A stretch of 64,000 nt of DNA from Eledone cirrhosa (Eukaryota), in contig CAXHJY010000539.1 in assembly GCA_964016885.1 (NCBI GenBank), positions 11,367 through 75,366 on the forward strand, in the 5' to 3' direction. Below the pieces are notes generated by a model. It was not told where the DNA came from and did not search any database. It saw only the letters and a list, made by a program, of their open reading frames with translations. Position numbers and translations under genes: made by a program. Below, piece after piece: positions 16,461-27,567 of the stretch. Positions within the stretch are counted from its first letter, which is position 1. Every line of letters starts with the position of its first letter.

Positions 16461-18271
16461 TTCGCTTACGTTTACGTACTAATATGGTACTATGATCAAA
16501 TACAGTCAGTCAATGAGACTCATACAACTTAATCCCAAAAGGATACAAAGAAAATAAATTTTAATAAACAAAAATAAGACCTACTTTGAATTTTTATTTA
16601 AACTTTTGATAGTTTTTAATTATGAATCTTGAAAAATGTGTACATTTACCCCACGTTGACATCTGACTATTCTACGCAGCCTACTGTATCTGCTAGAAAT
16701 AGCAGTCAAAATATCTCATGCCCTACCATTTTAAAAAACGAAATGGAAACATTTAGTCATGGACACTCCTAAAATGATTTGATGACCACATGGGTGAAAT
16801 GTTTTTCATCTTAAGTCTATTCAATAGATGTTGACCTAGGGCTAAATAACATCGTAATTTGTACAATATTCACACAAGTGCAGTAAGTAGCATGTCAATG
16901 TTTAACTGTTGGTATTTTATCACGTTCTCTTGCTTTTCTTACTGGGGCACTACTACCCTGCTAAAGGGTCATTTCAGTTAGCTATATTTTTATTTTGGAT
17001 CTTAGTATTCTATTATTTTTCCATTCAAATACAGGATGGATTATAGGAATAATCATATCGACCTCAGTACTTAACTGGTACTCCATTTAATAATTCCTGA
17101 AGGGTTGAAAGGCAAAGTTGATTTCGACAAGAATTGAATAGAACGCAAAACAATTGATTTTGCGAATCAACCGTCGTGTACGCGCGCGCGTACACATACA
17201 TACATTTAAAGGCATTGTCGAATGGCTAAGAAGTACTAATTTAATGATGTGCAGCCTTGCCTTAGGCGTGTATTCCATCATGGTTACGGATATTTTCGGT
17301 GTTTTAATCGTGTCTTCTGGCAATAGGTTTTACATTTAAGATATCAAAAAAGTTACTATTTTCCAGTATGCACCATCTTCTAAAAGTCCTTGACAAAAAG
17401 CTAATACAGAAGACTAATTAAGAAACAGTTGGAATCACTTGACTGACTATAGGGTATATTTTAAGGAAGTTTCAAAACTACACAAATCTATGAGGCAAGC
17501 GCCATGGCCATGTGTTTGATATTCTGAGTCTGAGAAGCACTTGAAATAGCTAATTTTAACATTTTGTGAGTCTTTTAACCATAATTTTCCGATGTAAACG
17601 CATGTAGTATTTGACACAATGTGTAATTTTACTGTACAAAATTAGATTTAAAACTACATAAGCAAGGGATCAACTGCGCGTTCAAACAATCACTGATGTC
17701 CTTATAGCGAAACGCATGCACTTTCCTAGTAAAGCTGAACTCATTAGTGATATAGTTCTATGGATACCACGACGGGTCCACTGGCCAGCTCTATTCGAAC
17801 ACAGGGAGGGTATCACCCATGACTTTTCAGGGCATCAGAAGTTGGTGGGAAGAAAGGTATGTGTCAGACTAGAAACTTGGCCCAAATGTTTGTAACAGCG
17901 TGGACTTTGTTATAAAAAATGTCTCTTCTTGCCAGGATCTGAAGTATAGATATTAAGAAGTGCCAAATGTCTGAAATAACCAAGTCATAATATATCGCAC
18001 ATGTATCTAAATGACGTATTTTGCCTATAACAGACCTGTCAACTCTCTCCGTCGGATGGGGAGATCTCCCACCCACTTTGGGGGTGGGTAAGAGATGTCT
18101 TCTCTTGTGAAGATAGGTATAGCTTTCATTATGCAAAATCTCTGGATTTTGCCTCATTTCCCGTTTGGGGCACTTTTTTTTCATGGCACTCCTCATTTGG
18201 ATTTTTAGAGGTTAGCAGGTCTGCATTTGTAGCAGGTGGTCGATGGGCCGACGCCCTTACTGTCACTAATC

Positions 18272-18415
18272 AATCATCATCATCATCATCAGGTCGAGCT
18301 TGCTCGGCTTTCTACGACACGTTTCCTCCATCCATCTCTCTCTCATAGCGTTTGCCAGCTCTTCCGCAGCGCATCCAGTATCGTCCTCAAGTTGCTTGAT
18401 GTATGTCTTCTAAGT
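18272..18415 (-). mobile_element. 3' end of a second, unrelated RTE-like LINE family
   Basis: Minus strand reads KTYIKQLEDDTGCAAEELANAMRERDGWRKRVVESRASST*, followed by a (TGA)n tail. Confidence 0.65.
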
Positions 18416-18927
18416 ATGGTGTATGCCGCTTAAGTTTGTCAAACCACTCACTATACAGCAGCATTGTTTTACAGATGACATAAATAACTGTCACAGCAAG
18501 TTTATAAAAGCTATTGATATGACATTTGCAGCAGCTGGTATACACACGACGGGTTTCCTTATCGTTTCCATCTACCAAATTCGCTTAAAAAGCATTGATC
18601 AGCCCGTAGCTATAATAGAAGAAACCTACTTGCCTAGTGGGACAGCAGCAGAAACTACGTTTAGGGGTCAGTGTTGTAGTTTGGTTTAGGATTACGGTTG
18701 GGGTTGCAAGCAAGTGTTTGGGTTAAGAATGGTAGTCTCCTGTTTCAAATGTAGGAATCAGAATGAATTTCAGAAAATAGTATAGAAACAAAAATGTCAT
18801 GGGACTTGAAAAATTGAACTTCTTTTATTGGTTTCAGTCGTTAGGCTTCGTTCATGCTGGGCCTTCGCCTTCAAAGGATTTAGTCATCATATCAATCCTG
18901 GTACATATTTTTCAAATCTGATGCTTA

Positions 18928-19117
18928 CGAGAGTCAACTCAAAAGTTCATAGTCTGACCAAGATACTCTCATGGAATGACCGAATGAGGTTTATTTTTCA
19001 ACATAGTCACTGGAAAGAATGCAGTTATTAATACAAAGACCTGAAATCAATGCAAGATTTCATAGCACTGGCATCGCTCCTTCATAGTCAGCCTATGAAC
19101 TTTTTAGCCGACCCTCG
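18928..19117. mobile_element. Mariner-type MITE
   Basis: ~31-bp TIRs CGAGAGTCAACTCAAAAGTTCATAGTCTGAC / GTCAGCCTATGAACTTTTTAGCCGACCCTCG, with TA TSD. Confidence 0.8.
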
Positions 19118-19226
19118 TATGTTATTGATATCTGTCAAATTTCTGTTAGCATAGTTTCCGTCTACCAAATTTCACTCACAAGCCTACGATTTTGGCTGAC
19201 CCTCTATTAACTAATTACCTTTTTAA

Positions 19227-19765
19227 GGCATACGTTAAGACGGGCGTCCCGGAAAGTGAAAGTAAATTTATTTTCATTTTCGAATGTCGTGTTTACATTT
19301 TGTGTATGTGTTTAGATCTAAATTAGTGTCGTTTTAACTGATTATATATATATGTATATGTGTGTGTGTGTGTAGTTGACGGTTGAGAGAAGAGTACTCA
19401 ATACCGAAGTAATTTTGTAATGAGGCTTGCACATGCTGGCGACGAAGCTTCTTCTTTGCACGGCTCCATGTGTTCTTTATGAGCTGTGTGTGCACATCAA
19501 GGTCCGCAGGATCTACAAAGTTCCGTTCGTGCACCACAACATCATGAACGTAAATCCCACCTTCAATTTCCAAATAGGAAGCCCAACCATCGGAGATGAT
19601 GCGGCTGCCTGGCAAAATCCCTGCTGAATGATGGGGACGAGAGTGTCAGAGCTTCGATTTGGGACTTCTACAAGGCAGCAGCGTCTAGAATGGCGGACTC
19701 ACCATTCTGCAAGCCTCATTACAAGATTACTTCGGTATTGAGTACTCTTCTCTCAACCGTCAACT

Positions 19766-19796
<31 letters not shown>

Positions 19797-19922
19797 TATA
19801 TATATAATCAGTTAAAACGACACTAATTTAGATCTAAACACACACACAAAATGTAAACACGACGTTCGAAAATGAAAATAAATTTACTTTCACTTTCCGG
19901 GACGCCCGTCTTAACGTATGCC
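19227..19922 (-). mobile_element. Merlin (IS1595/ISXO2-like DDE) transposon, internally deleted
   Basis: ~205-bp TIRs starting GGCATACGTTAAGACGGG. Perfect 9-bp TSD CCTTTTTAA at 19218-19226 and 19923-19931. Internal transposase fragment ...RSSDTLVPIIQQGILPGSRIISDGWASY...VHERNFVDP..VHTQLIKNTWSRAK. Confidence 0.92.
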
Positions 19923-20904
19923 CCTTTTTAAATAAATGGTTCTAATTACTTTTTCCAATTTTGTTATTTGTAAATACATGTTGTACACTGCATGTATATC
20001 TATATATCCACAACGCATACGTAAATTATTTGTATTTAGTTGATTATTAAAAGATGTAATGAACAGTTTCAAACGAAGCCTAGATTTCACATTTTGTTAG
20101 GGACTAACGGGACGATAGTGTTGAAGATTTACTTTAGTTTCATATTATAAGCACACACACACATACAACATAATAAATTATGTAATTGTAAATCTTCTTT
20201 GTTGAAAACACATTTTAGTTTCGTTATATTAATTAAAAAAAAAAAAAAAATCACAAACAAATCCACGTCAAATAACAACACTACAGATATTTAAAAACAG
20301 AAAATGAAAGAAAATGCAAGTACTGTAGGGTTATAGAAGAATGGGAGAGTGATGGGCCTAGGGCGCGATGGTGTTGGGGCTGCGTTCGCGGAACAAAAAA
20401 TGTGCCAGAAAACAAAAACAAAACTCGCACGCTTCCCCAATTACACACTGCAACAGGAAATGCTGGTGTTGCCCTCTAAAGATGTTCGGCCTTAGGACGA
20501 GCTTTGTCAAGGCCTGTATAATGTGGCATTGGCAACTTCTGTAGAGTAGTATGTGTGTCTAAGTGCGTTTGCGTATACTGAATAGAAATAAGCCACCCGA
20601 GCATTTGGAATGCTATGTACTTTTCCCCTAATCTGGGGTAAATATCTTGTCCAAGGTCGCGCACGGGTACGTGTATATATGTGTGTGTGTGTGTATGTAT
20701 TTACGTATGTATATAATATATACATATACATGTATGTATGTGTGTATATAAATCCTTCCCGTCTCAGTATGTACAAGTGTATAAGTAGATGAAACGTTAC
20801 AATATGAGCATGAGCCAGAGTAAAATAAGCAACACAGGTGTTGGCCTTATATATGCACTTTACTCATTGAATGTGAGCGCGCGATTCTGTCTGGGTTTAC
20901 ATGC

Positions 20905-20941
<37 letters not shown>

Positions 20942-21369
20942 AAAGTAAATAAATAAATGTAAGTATGCACCACACACACACACAGACATATTATTCAAAA
21001 TGTTAACAAATGAAAAATATTCGCATAATCAAAATATATATTTTATTATATATATTTCAAAGGTACTGTGCTGCTTTTTTTCAGAACGTCCTCATCAGAC
21101 AAAATATATGATTTGATATATGACATAGAGCTACGGTCTTGATTATTCAATTCCCGTATTGGCAGTATTGAAAAGAAAAACAGCACAGTACCTTTGAAAT
21201 ATATATAATAAAGTATATATTTTGAATATATACTTTATATGCGAATATTTTTCATTTGTTAACATTTTGAATAATATTAAAAAATCCAGGAAAACTTTTT
21301 TGTTAAGTGCTTCTAATCTATTGTAAAACTGTATTCGTTGCGTAATCAACGAACCATATTAATCTTTGG

Positions 21370-21415
<46 letters not shown>

Positions 21416-21455
21416 AGAAATTAAAAGATGGTTAAAAAAGTTCCATATATTTTAT

Positions 21456-21505
21456 TATGCGCATTTCGAAAACATCATCCTGGGACAAAAATTGTGTTCT
21501 CATCA
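21456..21505 (-). ncRNA. Minimal type I hammerhead ribozyme-like core, truncated at C3
   Basis: Minus strand: TGATGA-GAACACA...TGTTTTC-GAAA-TGCGCA-TA. Lies in a ~95-bp island between (TA)n tracts. Confidence 0.6.
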
Positions 21506-21610
21506 TATATATATATATATCCAGGGAGTGTAACTTGGAGTTACTGTAGGTTCACCCGGGTGAGCACTCGATGTTTAGGTTCACTTCAGAGTGTATTATA
21601 GTGAAATAAG

Positions 21611-21804
21611 GGCCGTGGATTGGCAGTATCGGTAGAGGGTCGGACGCCATGCTTTGACGCATAGAGTTACGGCCCTTGCCATTATGAGTTCAAATCCCGC
21701 CGAGGTTAACTTTGCCTTTCATCCTTACGGGGTCGATAAAATAAAAAAAGTACCAGTAATGCACTGGGTAATTGGTGGCTTTGTGCCTAACGTAGAAACA
21801 ATTA
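21611..21804 (+). mobile_element. Full-length SINE with TSD
   Basis: Flanked by the direct repeat ATTATAGTGAAATAAG (21595-21610 and 21801-21816, overlapping the tail). Confidence 0.9.
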
Positions 21805-22358
21805 TAGTGAAATAAGATAACTAGCTTAGCAAAATGAACGTTAAACAGTGGTGATGATATATAAACTCAATCTGACAAAAGACTAAGGTTAACGACATAA
21901 ATTCATTCTCTAATTTCTACGTCCGTTTCAATACAGTAGTTACAATGGTACATGTATATGTAAACAACTGGAAACAATTAATTATCAATTATTAATACCA
22001 TACATAATATAGCTATAACTGCATTTCTTTATGAAAATTTGAGAAAGAACAAAGTTTACCAAGTTCAAATAATATTAAAAATGGACTTCATATCAAACAC
22101 TGAGTGCATATGAAATGATCAAATCGCTACCACTTTTCTCTTTTGAAAATAAAACTTACACTCTGTGTACATGTATTGAGTGCTCATTTAGTTTAGCATT
22201 TGAATGTTTTAAGTACAATTGTATTTTAAACACACTCTAATATATGAACATTTGTTTTGTAAGTCGATATGTATGTTGTAGATCTTACCATTCCAAAACG
22301 GGATCATTAACAGTTGTATGTGTATATATATATGTATGTGTATATGTATGTATGTATG

Positions 22359-22433
<75 letters not shown>

Positions 22434-22473
22434 ATATATATATATGTATGTGTATATATATATATGTATGTGT

Positions 22474-22513
<40 letters not shown>

Positions 22514-23179
22514 GTTAATGATCCTGTTTGGAAGGGAAAGAACCACATCGACACATACATACACACGCACATATACATATCGAGTTACAAAACAAATACT
22601 CATACCTTTAACTGTTCTCTACCTGCCATGTCTCTCAACCAACATGATAGATAGCTAAGCTAGCGCTAACACTGCCTCTCAATGAAACAACCATACTCAT
22701 TTACCTGTCCCTACTTATTCATTCAACTGAATTAGAGAAAAGAATACAATACTTCACTTATACTCACTGCAATTTGATTCTCGTGAGAAATAACAGGGTT
22801 TATATTGTGGTTCTTTGTTTAATTATTGTTTTACTCCCAAGTGTTTTCCTTTGCGCGCGTGCGCGTCCGTGTTTGTATGTGTTTATTATATGTTATATAT
22901 ACAGTATGTACTCGAATATAAATCGACCCATCTTTTATGTTTGAGAAATGGTAAAAAATCCAAATCATGTGCATAAGTCGAGGCAACTAATCAACACATT
23001 ATGTTTAGATGATGCAGTTTTGAAATTCCCAGGAGTGGAGAATATATTTATGAAATTTTGATATTTAAAATGTTTTACGTGTCGTTTTGAGAATAGTTTT
23101 TGTTTTGTTAACAATTTTTTACCATTTCATGACATATACTTCCTCTGCTGGTAATAAAAGGTTTCTCTCACAAAAAGAA

Positions 23180-23640
23180 GAGTACACTGTTTGGTTCCTG
23201 TGTATGGATTATGATGATGTATGGTTGTCAGAGATTAGGTCTTGAAGAATGCAACAGATTTATGAAGTGAACATGCTCTGCTGGGTGTATAATGTTAGTG
23301 AACATGAATAAGAACGTAATCAATTGAGAGAAAAAATTTTGGATATAACTTATATCCAATTTTTTCTCTCAATTCATTACGTTTATATTATAAGAGGAAT
23401 AAGATGTAGTATGTAAGAGAGAAGACTGCACTGGTATGGGCATGTGATGACAGCTGTATAAGATGTACAGAGCATGCAAAGTGATGACACCTGTGGAAGG
23501 GATAGATCCAAGAAAGCATGGAATGAAGGTTGAAGCCTGGCTTCAAGATGCTGAACTTCATAGAAAAGTTGATAGAGGCCAGTGATGATTGGCAGCTCAT
23601 GGTGCTCAGAGAAAGCCCACCTGTGCAAGCAATTATCTAT
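23180..23640 (+). mobile_element. Old degenerate RTE fragment
   Basis: agagagaagactgcactggtatgggcatgtgatg and neighbouring segments match the RTE C-terminal coding region. Confidence 0.65.
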
Positions 23641-24364
23641 AACCAATATGTCTCTAAATCTCAATTTGCTGTACTACCACCATTTTTGATACCTTCACTG
23701 CTCCTTGTCACTCATCTTCCTATTACACCCTCCTTCCTTTTCACTGTCACTCACTCCCAACATGTAGATATCATTTCTGTCTCTCATCATACTCATGCCT
23801 CCTTCCTCTACACCCTATCACTTACTTTCTCTCTTCTATTATGGAACCTCCAGCTTGTTCTCTTTCCCCTTCTCTTCTACCAGTATTTTTTCCATTGTTT
23901 CTTCTGCCATCATCATGCTCCAAGCACTGTTTCATCACCTCACTGTAATTCTTTTATTGTTCTTGTCCCATCTCTCCCCACTTTGGTCACTGACCCTTGA
24001 ATGAATGGAAATAATGTAGAATAGTGAATACTTATTCTTTAGTCTTGTGTGATATATTGCAACATCACTAGTGCCAGTGCCAGTGCCGCAATAAAATGCA
24101 CTCAGTACACTCTGTAAATTTGTGTTCGAAAGAGCACCCATCTGTAGAAACCATGTAAAGAAATGGAGCCTATGAGCAAGCCATGGTCCTCTAATCTGTA
24201 TAGGAGGGATGTGACTCCGATTTGGAACTGATTTGGACTGTAACAGCCCATCCGATTTAGCATGGAAAACTAACATTAAAATGCTGATGACGATATATAA
24301 ACAAATATATCTAAAACTTTGTCTATATTTATCTACTTGTCTGTCTGTTTGATGATATATATAT

Positions 24365-24569
24365 ATAGGAAAATAGTCAGGAGCCTGACGGCTGACCTCT
24401 GACCGTTTCGACAACTAGATCCAAAGTGAGTTCTGATCTAGCTGTCGAAACGGCCGGAGCTCAGCCGTCGGGGTCCTGACTCTTTTCCTATTAACCACTC
24501 TACTACCCTAAGTATCGAGTACTCTGGTGCGTTATGGTCCAGCTGGTATCTTACCACATCTTCTTTGTT
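24365..24569 (+). mobile_element. Putative Penelope-like terminus (family 1) with inverted 5' arm
   Basis: 57-bp inverted repeat 24365-24421 / 24435-24491. Homologous to 56920-57056. TA runs on both sides. Confidence 0.6.
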
Positions 24570-24683
24570 ATATATATAGATACTGATATGAATATGTATG
24601 CATGCATTAAATATTATTTATGCATACATATTTGTTTGTATACAAACACACAAATGTTTGTGTGTATCTATGTATCTATCTCT

Positions 24684-24731
<48 letters not shown>

Positions 24732-25419
24732 AAAATTAAGATAAATCAAATGAATTTAATCTAAATCAAAATTATGGGTGTCATGCCAGAAAGACATGCG
24801 CCATATCACCCGCGAAATAAGCTCTAAGATTCTAACGAGTAGGTCCGAGTATTTTATAATAACTAGAGATTGATTAACATATAAATAAACATGAATAATC
24901 ACAGGAGATAATTTTTACAAGTGTGTAACCACACATAGCTAGGTAGGTAACTAAATAAAGTTGACCAGAACTTCAAAAATAGATACCTTATGATATGATT
25001 AATCTTCCCTGTATATATTCCATTAAAGAAATATATTTCACCAATTTATCAGATGGTAAACCACAGAAGTGGAGACTTAGATTTTCAACAAGGAAGAAGT
25101 TCCAGCAATCCATGTTTACACTTCAAGTTCAAATCAGCGACTGGCCAGCACGTGTTGTATTTACTAGAAATACACACATCATACTAGCTTCGTCCCAGTG
25201 GCGTGAATAGGGTTATCGACAACTAGAAACGGCAGTCGAGTCCTTTCAACAGAGTTAGCTCTACAATTAAGGAGCCGTATTTATATATCTATATCCAAAA
25301 TTAAGATAAATCAAATGAATTTAATCTAAATCAAATATATATATTTCGTCACTATATATATATATATATATATAGTGACGAAACATAAGTCAATTGCATG
25401 AACTCATAATCCTTTATTT

Positions 25420-25475
25420 ACTGCTATATATATTTCGATGATAGCCATTGAATGGCTATGACCTTATCAGGCAGT
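25420..25475 (-). ncRNA. Minimal type I hammerhead ribozyme (G8A variant)
   Basis: Minus strand: ACTGC-CTGATAA-GGTCATAGCCATTCAATGGCTATCATC-GAAA-TATATA-TA-GCAGT, immediately followed by AAATAAA. Confidence 0.65.
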
Positions 25476-25558
25476 TAGTCAGTTCTTAGATATGCCAGCT
25501 CTGTGTTTATAGTGTTGATGGTATCAGAGCCTTGGGACATATATTATATATATATGCC

Positions 25559-25616
<58 letters not shown>

Positions 25617-25646
25617 GGCACACACCTCTCTCTGTATATATATATA

Positions 25647-25684
<38 letters not shown>

Positions 25685-25685
25685 A

Positions 25686-25760
<75 letters not shown>

Positions 25761-25790
25761 ATGTGTGTCTATATATATATATATATATAA

Positions 25791-25821
<31 letters not shown>

Positions 25822-26029
25822 TATCCTTCTATGTTGTTTACTTGTCCCTCTCGCCTTACGCGAATTCTGGTCCCAATAACTTTTTTTAGTTATTGCTCGC
25901 ACCAACCTGAGGTATCTGATTTTTAATGCGATGAAATACCAATGATGGTTGAAAATCACTGACGAAGGACTACTTTTATCATATGTAACCCATGTGCAAA
26001 CCACGCAGTATTTTTCTTTCTTCTCATGT

Positions 26030-26060
<31 letters not shown>

Positions 26061-26165
26061 ATGTGTGTGTGTGTGTGTATGTATATAATGTGTGTGTGTG
26101 TGTATGTATATAATGTGTGTGTGTGTATATATATATAATGTGTGTATATATATATAAATATATAT

Positions 26166-26947
26166 AGTGGTGGAGGGTGCTCTGAAAGTACAGTAGCTAG
26201 AGTCAGAACTGGATGGATACCACTATTAGCCGCTAAAGGGTTCTCCCTAAAAATGAAAAGCAGGTTGTATGATGCCTGCATACGAACAGCAATGTTGCAT
26301 GGCAGTGAGACCTGGGCATTGTGTGCGGAGGATATACGCAGACTAGAGAGGAACGAAGCTTGCATGCTCCGCTGGATATGTAATAGTAATATACGTGAAC
26401 GGCAAAGCATAAACGAACTAAGGAAAAAATTAGAAATAAGAGGGATCAGATGTTGTTTACTCGAGAGAAGGCTACGTTGGTATGGTCACGTGATGCGCAT
26501 GAAAGACGACAGCTGTATAACAAAGTGCAGGGCAATAAAGATAGATGGTAGAAACGGAGTAGGCAGACCCAGAAAAACCTGGGACGAGCTGATAAATTCC
26601 GACCTCACACACTTACACCTCTCCAAGACAATGTCACTGGACCGAGACCTTTGGCGGTACTCAGTAACAGAGAAGACCCGCCTTACCTAAATACAAAGTA
26701 AAACCTACTACAGTCAGTAGGCATCTCTAACAAAATACACCCCCGTCCCACCACCCCCACCCCATCCACACAGCCCCTTTCAATGCAAAGTTATGTTGGT
26801 GCCACAGCATCCAGGCCAAAACAAATGAGATCGTGTAGGTGTCACGACAAAAAACACACAGTCCACGCTGTAATGTGGCCGTGTAGGCAACACGGTAAAA
26901 ACCTCCCAGTCCCACACTGTAAATGTGGTTGGTGTTAGGAAGGGCAT
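26166..26947 (+). mobile_element. RTE fragment truncated at both ends
   Basis: Near-identical to ~6810-7608. Begins and ends in TA runs. Confidence 0.93.
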
Positions 26948-26985
26948 ATATATATATACACACACGACGCATCTAATGTTTTATG

Positions 26986-27128
26986 GAGGCACATGGCTTA
27001 GTGGTTAGAGCATTGGCCTTGCAATCGAAAGGTTGTGAGTTCAATTCTCAGACCGGGTGATGTGTTGTTTCCTTGAGCAAGACACTTTATTTCACATTGC
27101 TCCAGTTTACTCAGCTGTAGAAATGAGA
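26986..27128 (+). mobile_element. tRNA-derived SINE head of a second family
   Basis: A-box TGGCTTAGTGG, B-box GAGTTCAATTC, followed by ccttgagcaagacactttatttcacattgctccag. Confidence 0.7.
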
Positions 27129-27199
27129 TGATAGGGACTGGGGTCCAATATATATGTGTTTGTATATATATATATATATAATGTGTGTATATATATATA

Positions 27200-27247
<48 letters not shown>

Positions 27248-27286
27248 GTGTGTATATATGTTTATATATGTATATATATATATATA

Positions 27287-27318
<32 letters not shown>

Positions 27319-27342
27319 ATGTGTGTATATATATATAATGTG

Positions 27343-27376
<34 letters not shown>

Positions 27377-27398
27377 ATATATATATATATATATATAA

Positions 27399-27444
<46 letters not shown>

Positions 27445-27567
27445 GTGTGTGTGTATATATATATGTGTGTGTGTGTATATATATATGTGTGTGTGTGTAT
27501 ATATATATGTATGTGTGTGTATATATATATATGTGTGTGTGTATATATATATATATATGTGTGTGTG

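Larger units (their letters stand above)
12085..16852. repeat. Cluster of ~10 diverged copies of a ~200-bp repeat (CTGCTAGAAATAGCAGCCAAAT ... GATCATAGGTCTGCTCGATCAG ... GGGCTAAACAACAAC)
   Basis: Copies on + start near 12090, 12472, 12680, 13222, 13440, 14962, 15975 and 16672. Copies on - at ~13695-13830 and ~13845-14012. Several are interrupted by SINEs. Further pieces near 31850, 39415, 39550 and 49855. Confidence 0.75.

Noticed and set aside
20340-20672. CpG-containing unique stretch ending in a possible donor (cgg|gtacgt), a possible first exon or promoter
   Set aside because: No ORF or other support, and donor-like motifs are common by chance.
26986-27060. tRNA gene
   Set aside because: A and B boxes are present but there is no proper acceptor stem, and it continues into a SINE body.
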